From positions 1-64,000 of the forward strand of contig MCFE01000392.1 in the NCBI GenBank assembly GCA_002104905.1: a stretch of 64,000 bases of DNA, read 5' to 3'. The notes beneath the pieces were generated by a model that worked only from the letters and a program-made list of their open reading frames with translations, ran no database searches and was not told the DNA's origin. Position numbers and translations under genes: made by a program. Source of the stretch: Basidiobolus meristosporus CBS 931.73. Its lineage: Eukaryota; Fungi; Basidiobolomycota. Of this stretch, positions 48,293 to 61,336 are shown piece after piece; position 1 is the first letter of the stretch; each line of letters starts with the position of its first letter.

Positions 48293-51200
48293 CTCTATGA
48301 AAATGATTGTAATGATGCATCTCAAATTGAAATTCCCATGACTAAGAGGTAGTGATCCCATCAGGACACTGTGCAGAGACTGTTGAAAAATAATTGCACT
48401 CCAGATTTCCCAAAAAACTTAGCCAAAATTTTTCTTCACTACAATAGACTTATTTCATTGTACTGTGCCAGGGCATGCAGTGCAATCCACAATCTCTAAG
48501 AGCAATTGGGTGCAATATTACAGCTACCAGTAGGCAGGATTGCTCTTGGACAATTTTGCAACATGTGGGAGAATCATGCACACTATGGTATAATTGGACA
48601 CAATGAGGTTGGCATGGATGATTGCGCCAATTTGCAATATTTGCATCACATGCACAATTGGATACCGCTACTATGGTAGGAAAATCTGGTATTTGAATAT
48701 GTTTCTTTAATGTAAGTGGAAATATATGTATATCACACTATAAACTACACTGTTACTTACCATTTTGGTTACCATCCCTCCAATTGGATGGAATGTCAAT
48801 GGCTGATTGATTCAAAAGTATTCTGAAGCTGTCAGCCCCCAATGGTCACCTTGACCAAAACACAAGCTACCTGATTTGCCATCATATATCCCATTTTGCC
48901 CGTTGAGCAGGTAAATCCCTGATCCTAGTGGTTGATTAAGGTGTTGTGCCAAGCACTTGACCAATCAAACAGGTGCAAAACAAATCAAATGGCTGCACTG
49001 GTGTAACAGATGATGTATATATATGCAGGGTGTTTATTTATAGGGGTTCTGTCTCAAATGTGAGACAACCTTGACATTGCTTATATCAAAAATTTAGTGA
49101 CCGCTGATTTGCAACGGCTTGATTTGGATTGCATAAAAAAATGTATTGTTTGGATCATGACAAATAATAGCAATTCAATGCCATCATATCATCTTCTCCT
49201 AGGTTTTTTTTGTTGCAATTTAAGAAGTGATTTGGATATAAGGAAATTACCAAGAAATAGTGATAATAGTTGAACTGTTGTTTATTCATAAAGAAGCTCA
49301 GTATTTATACCTTTGTAGAAGTAATACAGCTGCAACACTAAGTAGGGAGGGTTTCTCAATATTCAGGAGCATTCTGTAACAGTTTCAGGGTTAGTACATA
49401 ATGTTTGGTAATAGTGCTAATTTGATCCTGACTATAGGGGAATAATCATAAGATCATATATCTGGAGAAAGTGGCGAAGTTAAGGCAGTAAATGAGTCCT
49501 ATAGTGACTAAGACTAGCCTAGAACTGTTAAGTAAATTGTTAGCTGCTGAATGATACCAAATAGTCCAATATTTCAACACTCCCCCTCAACTAAATAATT
49601 TCTTTATCCCAATTTCTCTCTAAGGATCTCAAACTGTGGCCTAGCTAGTGGTTTTGTCAATATGTCTGCCACCATTTTGTCAGTTGGGCAGTAAACCAGC
49701 TCCACTAAGTTATTTTCTACAGCTTCCCTCACAAAGTGATGCTGTATATCAATGTGCTTAGTTCTGGCATGATTAGTAGGATTTCTAGCTAATGAAATAT
49801 AACTTTGATCATTTTTGTAAATACATGTTGGTTCACCTGAATTAAAACCTAAGTCTTTGAATAATTTTTGTAGCCATATAGCCTCCTTAGTTGCTTGACA
49901 TGCAGCCATATATTTGGCTTCAGTTGTAGATAGGGCCACAGTGGGTTGTTTCTTGCAATTCCAAGTAATAGCTGCACCAGCATAAAGAAATACATAGCCT
50001 GTGGTAGAGTGTCTGTCAATCAGATCCCTACCCCAATCTGAATCACTATAACCATCAAATTTTTGCCTATTAGCTGCTCCAGAGTATTCCAGTACCATAT
50101 TTATGGTACCTTGTAGATATCTGAAAATCCGCTTAACTGCTGCAATTTGATCTGGTCCATAATTCTGCATGAATTGACTGACTATTCCAACTGCCACTGC
50201 AATATCTGGACGTGTAGACACCATCAAGTACATTAGGCTACCAACCATTGATTGAAAGGGAAAGTTTTGGTCCATATTTGAGCTGTTTTCATTTATAACT
50301 GGCTGAGATTTGCTTAATTTCAGGTTATTGTCCATAGGGGTTGCTGCAGGTTTGCAATTTTCCATTTTGAAGCGTCTAAGAATGTCCCTGATGTACTTAG
50401 ACTGATTCAGCACAATTTTCTGGTAGGTATGTCAAATTTGACCTCAATTCCAAGAAAACAGCTCAATTTTCCAAGATCTTTCATCTCAAACTTGCTGAAG
50501 AGATCTGATTTTGTCTGTTTAAGTGCCTCTTGATCACTTAAAGCTATAATTAGGTTGTCCATATAAAGAACTAGGATGATCACACCCTTTTTGAGCTGTT
50601 TCACATATATACTGTGATCTGTAGTGCTATGAGAGAACCCAATTTTCTCTAGATATGTGTCAATCTTGTTATACCATGCTCTGGGTGCCTGCTTAAGCCC
50701 ATACAACAATTTTCTAAGTTTGCACACCTTATGGGGGCTTTTTGAATGGGTAAAACCTTCTGGTTGCTCCATATATATAGTTTCTTGCAAATCCCCATTT
50801 GGAAAGGCTGTTTTGACGTCCATTTGGTGTAGATCTAGACTGTGTAAATCTGCCAGGGCTAGAACTGTCCTAATAGAGTTAAACTGGCAACCGGAGCAAA
50901 TGTTTCCTTAAAGTCTAGTCCCTGGATCTGGGAATAGCCTTTAGCTACCAATCTAGCCTTGTACTTATCAACGGCACCATTTGAGGTTATCTAGATCTTG
51001 TAGACCCATCTACATGCAATTGGCTTTCTCCCATTTGGTAAATCTACCAGTTCCCACGTTTTACCTTGATCAGTGATTGGTACTCCTCCTGCATGGCTTG
51101 TTGCCACTCAGTAGCATCTGGACCTTGCATTGCCAGTTCCAGATTCTGAGGTTTGGCACATAAGGCAAGATAAGCTTCTTCATGATTGTTGGATGTCTGC

Positions 51201-54200
51201 CACCAGGATCCAGGGGCATTTCTTATTCTGGTAAATCTCCTAACTGGGATAATCTGTTCTGATCTGGAACTGGTAGAAGTATCTTCCATCTCTGGCTGGA
51301 TTTGGTACGTATCTTCTGCATTTGTGTTGATTGCATCATCAGGCAGCTGGCCAATGATTTCTGTGGCTTTCTGATCTGAATTCTCCTCAAATACAACATC
51401 CCTGCTCTTGATCAGCTTCTGAATTTTGCCATCATACACTCTATACCCTTTAGTATCTTCACAATACTCAAGAAAGATCCCTTTTCTACTCTTTGGTTCC
51501 AACTTTGAGCGTTTTTTGTCAGGGATGTGATAAAAAACATCACTGCCAAAGATCCTGAGATGCTGGAGATCTGGTTTTTTGCCTGTATATGCTTCAAAGG
51601 GTGTAGAATCACGTAGTGCTGTTGTTGGGCATCTGTTCTTGATGTATACAGCGGTAGCAACAGATTCAGCTCAAAACTTGTAGTCCATTCCCTTATCATG
51701 TAGCATAGATCTTCCCATCTCTACTATTGTTCTATTTGCATGATCTGCTACTCCATTTTGCTGTGGAGTATGAGGAACTGTGGTCTGTTGAAGTATACCA
51801 GTAGACAAGCAGTATTTTGCAAACTCCTTTGAGCAGTATTCTCCTCCATTGTCACTTTGTAGTACCTTCAATTTACACCCAGTTTGTGTTTCTGCCATGT
51901 TCTTGAAGTGCTTAAACGTCTCTAAAGCTTCATCCTTTGTTTTGAGGAAGTACACCCATGTATATCTTGTCTTGTCATCAATAAACGTCATAAAGTATCT
52001 CTTGGCTCCAAAGGACAGTGTTCTCATGGGGCCACATATATCTGAGTGTACTATAGCCAATATTTTGGTGGTATTGATGTCTTTGGAGCTCTTGAAATGT
52101 TGCCTAGCTTGTTTGCCATATGAACATCCCTTACAAACATTCAATTTGATCAGAATTGAGTATTTTAGGCCCAAAACAAGCTGATTTTTCACCAATTGGC
52201 TCATTTTCTGTTCCCCTATGTGTCCTAGCCTCCTATGCCACGTCTCCCAGTTGGTTTCATCAGTTTCAGCAATGTTGACATACTCAGGTACAATGATCTT
52301 GCATTGTAACTTGTATATAATGTGATCTCTGATTCCCAAAGCTAATTTTTGTCCATTTTCACTCAATATTGAGCAGCTCAGCTTAGTAAAAACAAATTTC
52401 AGTCCCTGAGTAGTTGCTTTACTGATTGAGAGTAGGTTCTTAGCTATTCCAGGTACATAGAGTATGTCAGTCAGTTTTGCTGTTGTTGCCCCTGAGTTAT
52501 CACTCATATTTAGTTGTATAGACCCACTGGCAGTAGCTTCCAATGCAGAGTTATCTCCCAGATAAACCTTTCTTACAGGAATAGTCTTTAAGTTGCTGAA
52601 CCACTCCTTTATACCACAAATATGCTGTGATGCTCCAGAGTCAATATACCATTCATTACTCCGGTTACTTGCACTCTCTTGTACAGTGATAAATAACTGT
52701 TCATCAGTAGTTATATGGTTTGCCTGCTCTAGTTTCTATTTTTTGTCTGCTTGTTTCTTCTTGCATTCTCTTGCCCAGTGTCCTGGCTTCTTACAGTAGC
52801 TACAGCAGCCAGGTTTTCTTTGGTTTTGTTGCTTTCCCTTCTTTTCTGTATGTTTTTCTGAACTGAATAAAGCATTATCTTCAATTTTCTCTGCTTGATC
52901 ATTACGTCTGAGTTCTTCATGGAGAAGTCTTCCTTTGACATAGTCTAAAGTCAAGTTGTCTTCTCTGCTTTCAAAAGAAAGTATGAGTGGCTCATACTTG
53001 TCTGGTAGGCTGCAAAGCAGACAGAGTATCTTTTCTTAATCATCTACACCAGCATTAATACTGTAAAGTTCTTCTGCAAGTGTCTCCATTCTGGCAATGA
53101 GTTGTAGCATGTCATCATCTGGCTTTTTTCTCATGTTGAAGAACTTTTGTTTCAAATAAAGCTTGCTTGATACTGACTTTGCTCTAAAGATCATCTCTAA
53201 GGATTCCCATGCTGCTTTGGCAGTATTTGAGGCATGATTTTGTCCAATGAAGGAGTCTTGCACATTGATGCATCTTGCATGGAAGGCCTTTCTCTCCTTC
53301 TCTTGAAACTTCTCCACATCTTCTGCTGTTCCTTTGGGCTCAACTTCCTTTCCTGTTACTATGTTCCAAAGCTTTCTTTCCTCAAGGTGGATCTGCATCT
53401 TGATTCTCCAAAGTCTGTAGTTCTTCCCATCAAACCTCTCCTTTACAGGGAAGATGTTGGTATTGCTTTGTTTGCTGGTAGAAGTCATCTTTAGAATAGA
53501 CTAAGGCAATCGGGGCTCATAACCTGTTGCAATTTAAGAAGTGATTTGGATATAAGGAAATTACCAAGAAATAGTGATAATAGTTGAACTGTTGTTTATT
53601 CATAAAGAAGCTCAGTATTTATACCTTTGTAGAAGTAATACAGCTGCAACACTAAGTAGGGAGGGTTTCTCAATATTCAGGAGCATTCTGTAACAGTTTC
53701 AGGGTTAGTACATAATGTTTGGTAATAGTGCTAATTTGATCCTGACTATAGGGGAATAATCATAAGATCATATATCTGGAGAAAGTGGCAAAGTTAAGGC
53801 AGTAAATGAGTCCTACAGTGACTAAGACTAGCCTAGAACTGTTAAGTAAATTTTTAGCTGCTGAATGGTACCAAATAGTCCAATATTTCAACATTTTTCT
53901 CACAGGGTTTACTACTGAAGCAATTGGTAGTGATTCACTTTGCACACCTAAACTACTTTCTTGTTGACTATCCTCTTAGCCATTTGTGTATTTGTAGTCA
54001 GTATTTTGCCTCCTAGTTGATGAGTGCAATGCTGCAGCTTGGCCACGCTTAAATGCTCCATATGATGCTACCGAGCTGGCCTGCAGTGCTACACACTAAC
54101 ATGCTCTTTTACTTGCCAAAGGCTCTAGTGGTGGAGGCATTTCATGTGGGTCATCATCAGTCAGTTAACCTGAAGAAACTCACTGATTGTCAGGTGTAAT

Positions 54201-54900
54201 GGCATGTGGTGGCACAATTTGATGTGCTGGCATGGCCCTTAGCTGAGCTCAATATGATGCTGCTTGTTGATTCAACTTGGCCTGCCCCAATGGACTTGTG
54301 TCTAAATGAGCAGTTTGGCAAGTTCTGGTGGTTTTGCTCGGAAGCATGCACATTGACCCAACATATAGTGACTCAATGTGTGGCACTCTTGTGAAGGGTG
54401 TTGGCATATTTTGGACTGGCATGCACTGGCTTGCAGAAGTTGCAAGGGATGGTAAGGAATCCAGCAAAGAGTGCTGGTGAAATCAAGTTGCTGTTGCTTG
54501 CAATCAGTATTCTTCCTCTTGAAGCCCACCTTCTGGTTCCTCAAAGTACTCACTTACCCTCTGTCAGTTACTTTGGAACTGTTGCTTAGATGAGTCCTGT
54601 GTATAATGCTCTTGGAAGCCACATAACTCTACTAATATATCATGTAATACATTAGTCATTTTAGGCAAAAACTCATTCAAATCTCCTTGGTTCCCAAAGT
54701 TGAGGCACAAACAGATGTGTCCAATCTGTACTCTGCAAATTGCATGCAAAATTGTTTCTACATGGCTTCCTCATCAAATCCCCTCACTCTCAGCTCATTC
54801 TTGATTTCAATACTTGACTTGTTATGTATCTTGTTACATACATCTGCTGGCATTTTGATGTAGAACTCATGCCACAGCTTTCTACTCAGGTTCTTCCATC
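48293..54900 (-). mobile_element. Family G copy G4 (right end with TIR, subterminal region, ORF-B), interrupted by D2
   Basis: Reverse homolog of 29990-31436 plus 36380-36600. 48293-48436 is homologous to 57978-58135. Confidence 0.75.
49211..53893 (-). mobile_element. Ty1/Copia family D, copy D2, full length but frameshifted, with TTTTT target duplication
   Basis: 369-bp LTRs at 49211-49579 and 53525-53893. The polyprotein is broken into at least six ORF pieces. The empty-site homolog is at about 30960-30985. Confidence 0.95.
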
Positions 54901-55501
54901 TCTGTCAACTCTCTGAGGTATCTAGTTCTGCTAGGTTAATGAGTAGTACCAAAATATCTGTATGAAGACTCATCATAGACACTTGGGCCATACTAAAATC
55001 ATTTAGCAAGAACTCACATGGATTCAACATTGACTTCTCTGGTCTGGACTGCGCTGTGAGCTGGGGGATACGTTTTGTCTGGGTTGTACTAAAGTTGAGT
55101 TGAGACTTGGTATAGGGACTGTAGTGATGGATTTGGGTACTTATACAGTAGTGTATTGGCATCAACCTGGTCTTATACAAAATATATATGAAAACTAATG
55201 TATTGTTGAGTTTTCTATATATTATGCATGGTGCATCTTGAATTACATTGACACAAATTGGATCCAATTAGTTACAGATTTCCTATTTGATTATAGACTT
55301 GTGAGTCAAGCATCAATAAAAATACTAAGTCTTTGTTTGAGTTTGATTTTTGCAACATAATCATGGGATACATGGCAATTGATGGAGATTCATTCATAAT
55401 GCAGGAAAAATCAGATAAATAAAGCTGCTTGTGCCAAATTAAATCAATTCACCTCAGCCCAATCACCTACCAATTTTATTATGACTTACTCATCTGAATG
55501 A

Positions 55502-56368
55502 TGCTTTTTCATCATTCCCATAATTACCACTGAATTTCCTTTTGACACACTAGAGGAGATCTATATCAAGCACTGTGGACCATCTGCCCTAATCTACTCA
55601 AGGAGATCCCTTGTTAAGCTTCTGTGGTACTACAAGAACTATTGCCCCACAAGGCTTCATTCCACCATCCATTGCAACAAAAGTCCTAGAGGCTTTTACT
55701 CCCAGCTGATAGCAATGGAGAACCACCTTGCAGAGGGTATGAATGACCTAGAGCAAGCTTGGAATACTAGGTTCAGAAGCTCCAATAGACTTCCATATCC
55801 CAGAGTGTTCAGCAGCAGGTTCCATATAAGGAGTATTTTGAATAACTTCCCAGTCAGGATTAGCAGACCTTCTAGAGGGCAGAGGCACTTTTATTCTGGC
55901 AAGTACAAGGCACCCTGTGTGAAGTTTCAAGCACTGTTGAGCATTGAGGGTAACATCATCTGGTTTAGTGGGCCTTTTGCTGGAAGTAGGCATGACAAAG
56001 CACTCTGGGTAGAGAATCATCCGCAACTCAGTAGAGGGGAGAAATGTATGGCAGACTTAACTTATATAGGAGAGGATTGCTGGAGATTAGGATGTATTAC
56101 AGCATATAGGAAGCCAAGGAATGGTGTGCTTAGCAGGAAGCATAAGCTCTACAATGAGATTTTTAATCATTTCAGAGCAAGGGTAGAGCACACATTTGGA
56201 TATCTGAAGAGATTCAGCCTATTGGCAGATAAATACAGAGGAAAGTCATTTATAGGAGAAAAAATCAGAATAGGTAAAATAGTTAAGATACTTATCAATG
56301 CACAGTATACTCACACAAGAAGACATGCACTGAGAGAAGTGTGTCTGGGCATTATGAAGAGTAAATAA
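55502..56368 (+). CDS. DDE_Tnp_4-type (PIF/Harbinger/ISL2EU-like) transposase; stop-free frame of about 289 codons, first ATG at 55715
   Basis: RP..QRHFYSGKYK..VKFQ, SGPFAGSRHD, ADLTYIG, AYRKP and RARVEHTFGYLKRF motifs. Confidence 0.75.
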   Translation, partial: CFFIIPIITTEFPFDTLEEIYIKHCGPSALIYSRRSLVKLLWYYKNYCPTRLHSTIHCNKSPRGFYSQLIAMENHLAEGMNDLEQAWNTRFRSSNRLPYPRVFSSRFHIRSILNNFPVRISRPSRGQRHFYSGKYKAPCVKFQALLSIEGNIIWFSGPFAGSRHDKALWVENHPQLSRGEKCMADLTYIGEDCWRLGCITAYRKPRNGVLSRKHKLYNEIFNHFRARVEHTFGYLKRFSLLADKYRGKSFIGEKIRIGKIVKILINAQYTHTRRHALREVCLGIMKSK

Positions 56369-56514
56369 AGCAAGGAAAGCACTATTCCAAGCAACATAAG
56401 TAAGATTGAATAAAATTACCAGTAACTATATCCTACCACTGGCATTATGGTAGAAATCCAGCACTCTAAACAGGCTGGCACTATGTGGCACTATCCAACA
56501 TAACAAGTCTAATA

Positions 56515-57977
56515 AATAAGTGGCTTTTGATTGGTTCCCTGCCAATTTGCTCATTTTCTGATGCCAGACACTCTACTACCTCCTATGCTTGTGTGCATTG
56601 ACTGTCTATTGCATCTTTTTTGCACTCCTTACTTCCTGACTGAACAATTTCTCTTACTTTTCATGCATACAAATTGATTTATTTCTGTCAAAACTTCAGT
56701 TGTACCTCAATTGCCAATTGCATTGACCTACACAAGTCCCTATACCCTACACTAACATTAAGCCCAATCCCACACTCAACAACTAACTTCATTAAAATCC
56801 ACCTCTCAATAAGTATTTCTGCTGTAATGTTCTGGTTGCATGACTTTGGCAGGAACCAAACAGCTTTATGCCACGGCTCATTCACTGGTTCCCACTCATC
56901 TTGGTCTTCAGCTGGCACTGCAAGGTCTAGCACCTAATCTGCCAGTCTTTGCAATAAATCCTTGCAATCTTCAAGTGCATTTTCTTGAGCACGGCTCTTA
57001 AAAAAGTGTTGCAACCTCTTGGTGTGCCTATGAATGTTCACAAATTCCACTGAAGGCATCATGATAGTCTTTTGAGCTCTTGACATTGTAGTCTTTTCTG
57101 TCAGTGGGATCTCCATGCTGTCAACAATGGAGGATGTGGAGGCTATGGTAGACAAATTTTCTTTTTCTACAAACTCATCCACCTTGCTGGAATGTGGCTT
57201 AACTGGTGGTGCTCTCAACTCTTTTGAAAACTGCTGTTTTCTTGTTGGTAATTCTTCTTGACCATGCTGGGATTTAGTCTGTCCCAGGCTTGCAATGTAA
57301 ATTTGCAAGAACTGCAGTTTCTTTTGCATGCTTCCCTGTCTCAGGCATGGATAGACATCTTTTGCTTTACCTTTTTCTTTATCATAGCCAGGTCTCTCAC
57401 TTCTACTCTGCTTGAGTGCTTCTTGTAATAAACTACTTTTTCTCCTTGATAAATTCTGCTCTGAAGCATCTGTTTTGGCCTGCTTGTCCCTTGCTGGCAC
57501 TCTTCTGGCAACCTGATGTTTCTTTTCTGCTTGTTTTGAGCTCTCAACCATAGTTGTGATGGGCTCCTGTAAAAGCCACGGGTTTTTATCACTGCCAGGT
57601 CCTTCACTGGTACTTTGACTAGGTGCCTCTTTAATTGTACTACACTTTTTCCTTGATAAATGTTGTGCTGGCACATTTGTGTCTGCCTGCCTGTCCCTAA
57701 TTGGCACTTTTCCAGCTACCTGACATCTCTTTGGTGCTTGTCAAGAGCTTTTGGCCCTGCTTTTAACAGGCTCTTGGGGAAGCTGCTGGTTTTTAGCCAT
57801 GGCACCCTTGTTCTTCTGCCTTTGATAGTTTTTGCTATTCTTAAGATACTTTCTTAGCATACCAATGCTGGCCCAAAATACATTTGCCTGTTTGTATCCA
57901 GATAATGCTCATGGAACAAGTCAAGTGCATTCTGCTTGGCCTTGAGTTCCTGATGGTCCCATAGTATTCCAGCCTTA
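56515..57977 (+). mobile_element. Family G partial copy (ORF-A 3' two-thirds, on the minus strand)
   Basis: Tandem homolog of 58145-59625. Ends exactly where the next G terminus begins. Confidence 0.8.
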
Positions 57978-58135
57978 CCCTATGAAAGATTATTGAGATA
58001 ATCCCATCAAAAGGCTGTCACAAAGTTAAAGTCCTGTGACTAAGAGGTACTGATCCTGTCAGGACACCATCCAGAGACCGTTGAAAAGTAATTGCACCCC
58101 AGATTTCACAAAAAATATAGTCAAAATATTTCATC
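57978..58135 (+). repeat. Family G terminal inverted repeat (imperfect, about 150 bp)
   Basis: Shares cYctatgaaa...tgactaagaggtaStgatcc..tcaggacac..cagagacYgttgaaaa.taattgcac.ccagattt with 48293-48436, but leads into the opposite end of the element. Confidence 0.7.
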
Positions 58136-60759
58136 TCAACAATGTCTAAGTGGCTTTTGAATGGTTCCCTACCAATTTGCTCACTTTCTGATCCCAGACA
58201 CTCTATTGCCTCCTACATTTGTGTGAATTGATTGGCTATTGCCTCTTTTTCACTCTCCTTGCTTCCTGACTCAATTGTTTCTCTTACTTTTCATGCATAC
58301 AAATTGATTATTTCTGTTGAAGCATCAGTTGAACTTCAATTGCCAATTGCATTGACCTATACAAGTCCCTATACCCTACACAAACATTGAGCCCAATCCC
58401 ACACTCAACAACTAACTCCATTAAAATCCACCTCTCAATAATTATTTCTGCTGTAATGCTCTGGTTCCACAACTTTGGCAGGAACCCAATGCCTTTGTGC
58501 CACGGTTCATTCACTGGTTCCCACATGTCCTGGTCTTCAGCCAGCACTGCAAGGTCTAGTACCTCATCTGCCAATCCTTGCACTAAATCCTTGCAATATT
58601 CCAGTGCATTTTCTTAAGCACTGCTCTTGAAAAAGTGCTGCAACCTCTTGGTGTGCCTATTAATGTTCCAAAATTCTACTGAAGACATTGTCATTGTCTT
58701 TTGAGCTTTTAACATTGTAGCCTTGTCTGTAAGTGGGATCTCCACTCTGTCAACAATGGAGGATGTGGAGGCTGTGGTAGACAAATTGCCTTTTTCAGCA
58801 AACTCATCTAACTTGTTGGAGTGTGGCTCAACTGGCTGTGCTTCCAACTCTTTTGAAAACAGCTGTTTTCTTGTTGGTAATTCTTCCTGGCTATGATGGG
58901 ATTCAGTCTGTTCTGGGCTTGCGGCATTAATTGGCAAGAACTGCAGTTTTTTTTGCATGCCTCCCTGTCTCAAGCTTAGGTTGACATTTTTCCCTTCACC
59001 TTATCCTTTATCACTGCCAGGTCTTTCACTGCTACTTTGTCTGAGTGCTTCTTGTAACAAACTACATTTCTCCTTCATATACTCTACTCTGATGCATCTG
59101 TTTTTGCCTGCTTGTCCCTTGCTGGCACTCTTCTGGCAACCTGATGTTTCTTTTCTGCTTGTTTTGAGCTCTCAGCCATAGTTGTGACAGGCTCCTGTAA
59201 AAGCAGCTGGTTTTTATCACTGCCAGGTCCTTCACTGCTACTTTGACTTAGTGCTTCTTGAGTGGTCCTACGCTTTTTCCTTGATAAATGTTGTGCTGGT
59301 GCATCTGTGTCTGCCTGCTTGTCTCTAATTGGCATTTTTCCAGCTACTTGATGTCTCTTTGATGCTTGTCTGGAGCTTTCAGCCCTGCTTGTAACAGGCT
59401 CTTGATGAAGCCACTTGCTTTTAGCCATGGCACCCTTGTCCTTCTGCCTATGATAGTTCTTGCTATTCTTAAGATATTTACTTAGCATACCAAGGCTGGC
59501 CCAATATCTGATTGCCTGCTTAAATCCAGGATAATGCTCATGGAACAAGTCAAGTGCATTCTGCTTGGCCTTGAGTTCCTGATAGTCCCAAGGTATGCCA
59601 GCCTTAAGGTGATGGTGTGCTAGACTTCTGATGGCCTATTGTATATTAGCCCACTGTTCATTATTGCACTCAACAGCTTCACAGATCTTCAATGACTTTT
59701 GATTTTTAGGCTTTGGTATAAACACCTTATTTTTTTCCTACCACACTGTGTTAGGTTTTTCTGTGGGCTTTATCTTTGGGCACTGTTGTTGTGCTACAAA
59801 GACGGTACAGTGTTCCACTGCTGTTACATCAGGAAATGACTCATTTCTTGGCTGTGACATTTAGCTACTGAGTTCCTTCTTTGCAGCAAAGATACTGCTT
59901 TCTCTACCTGTGATATTAGTTGCTCTACACATATTATCCACTCATCCTGATTCTGGACTATCTCCTGATTTCTCTGGGCCATTACATCTATCCAATCAGC
60001 CACTGTACCTGATTGCTTCATTAATGCCTTGGTATGAGCTGACTACACACTTGTTAATATGGGTGTGGAGATGTTATCAGGGCCACTTGCTGGTCTTCAA
60101 CTGAAGGTACTGCGTTTGCTACATTCTCATCTGCCTGAGCATAATGGTCAGCTTGTGGCTCTGCAGAGGTTCTCAATTGTCCGCATTATTACCTTCAATG
60201 GGCATACTGTCCACAGGACCTTTTTTGGATGTAGCCCTGCTTGTTGCACTGAATGTCAAAGCAAGCTGTTGTTCAACCATTCTTTTGTTGCTACTAGCAG
60301 TGGGGTTTGGTTGGGAACCAGAAAAGTTTACTATATTTTGTGGCAGCATATATATGGAAGTGAGTCAAACCAAAGGGGAAATAGTGTTACATATATGTGT
60401 GTATGTAGTGCCACAACTTTGTTTATAATGCTTACTATGGCAGGTCATCATTGAATCTTACCTTCATGTAGGTGCAATGTCTCAAATACAGATTGTCTTA
60501 AGTTCATATGAGTATTGACCAAAAAGTGATATAAAAGCATTATGTTGTTGAAGGTCCAACTGTTTGCCCCATGGATAAGACCACTTTGACTGAACGCCGT
60601 AAGAGAAGAGAAAAAAGTCCATGTGGCTATTGTGGCAAGCCTCCCTGCCATGAAGCATGCAGACAGCATAGGAAGTATTACAAGGATCACAGCCAGTGTT
60701 TTGCCACCCAAGTCATATTTGACCATTAATTGATCACTACTGTACCAACATTATCTTGC

Positions 60760-61049
60760 TGTCATGATCACATGACAACCATGAACACCCATGCCAAGTT
60801 TCAGCTTCCTAGCTCAAATTCTAAGAGATTCCCTTGGAACCTTCTACCACTTTCCAGAAAGTTCCTGACCATTCCAAACCATTGTTACACAGTGGAACAT
60901 TCCATGGAAGCTTCCCATTGTCTTTTTCATAATCCAGTACCATATATGAAAATACCAGGTCACATGACTTAGTCATATGTTCAGGTGACCCAATCCATTT
61001 CCCCATCCTATCTCAGTGCCTTGCCTTCTATATTATTATCCCCAGCACC
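60760..61049 (+). repeat. Truncated family C LTR
   Basis: About 90% similar by eye to 17205-17495. Fused to G transposase sequence at 61050. Confidence 0.85.
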
Positions 61050-61336
61050 CTGGGCCTAAATCACCGTCAAACTTGGATTGCTACCTGTATCCATTGCTGG
61101 ATGAATTTTGTGTGCTTTCCAGCAGGATAACAGCTAGTGGCTGTCATGTAAAAGTGCATATTTTTTTCTGCATTGGATTTACCGCAGCCATTAGCAAGAT
61201 AGCAGGTTATTCCAGGCACAATGGATGGTATTGCTGTCAAATGTGTGAGATCCAGGGGATTTACTCCATAACTCACACACATTATTATTACTCAAACACT
61301 GGCACTAAGAACATCATTTTTCCACAGAGAGAACGT

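Larger units (their letters stand above)
57978..61336 (+). mobile_element. Family G copy G5 (left TIR, ORF-A, transposase start), interrupted by a C-type LTR piece and A3
   Basis: Begins CCCTATGAAA. ORF-A lies at about 58300-60350 (-) and the transposase starts near 60590. 61050-61336 aligns to 27978-28264. Confidence 0.8.

Noticed and set aside
54905-55267. 120-aa ORF divergent from the DDE transposase as its accessory (Myb/SANT or nuclease) gene
   Set aside because: No recognisable motif and no second copy to test conservation.
55291-56515. agacttgt...acaagtct as TIRs of the DDE_Tnp_4 element
   Set aside because: Only 8-9 bp, with no matching flanking duplication (tta vs ata), and a similar word occurs inside G at about 54815.
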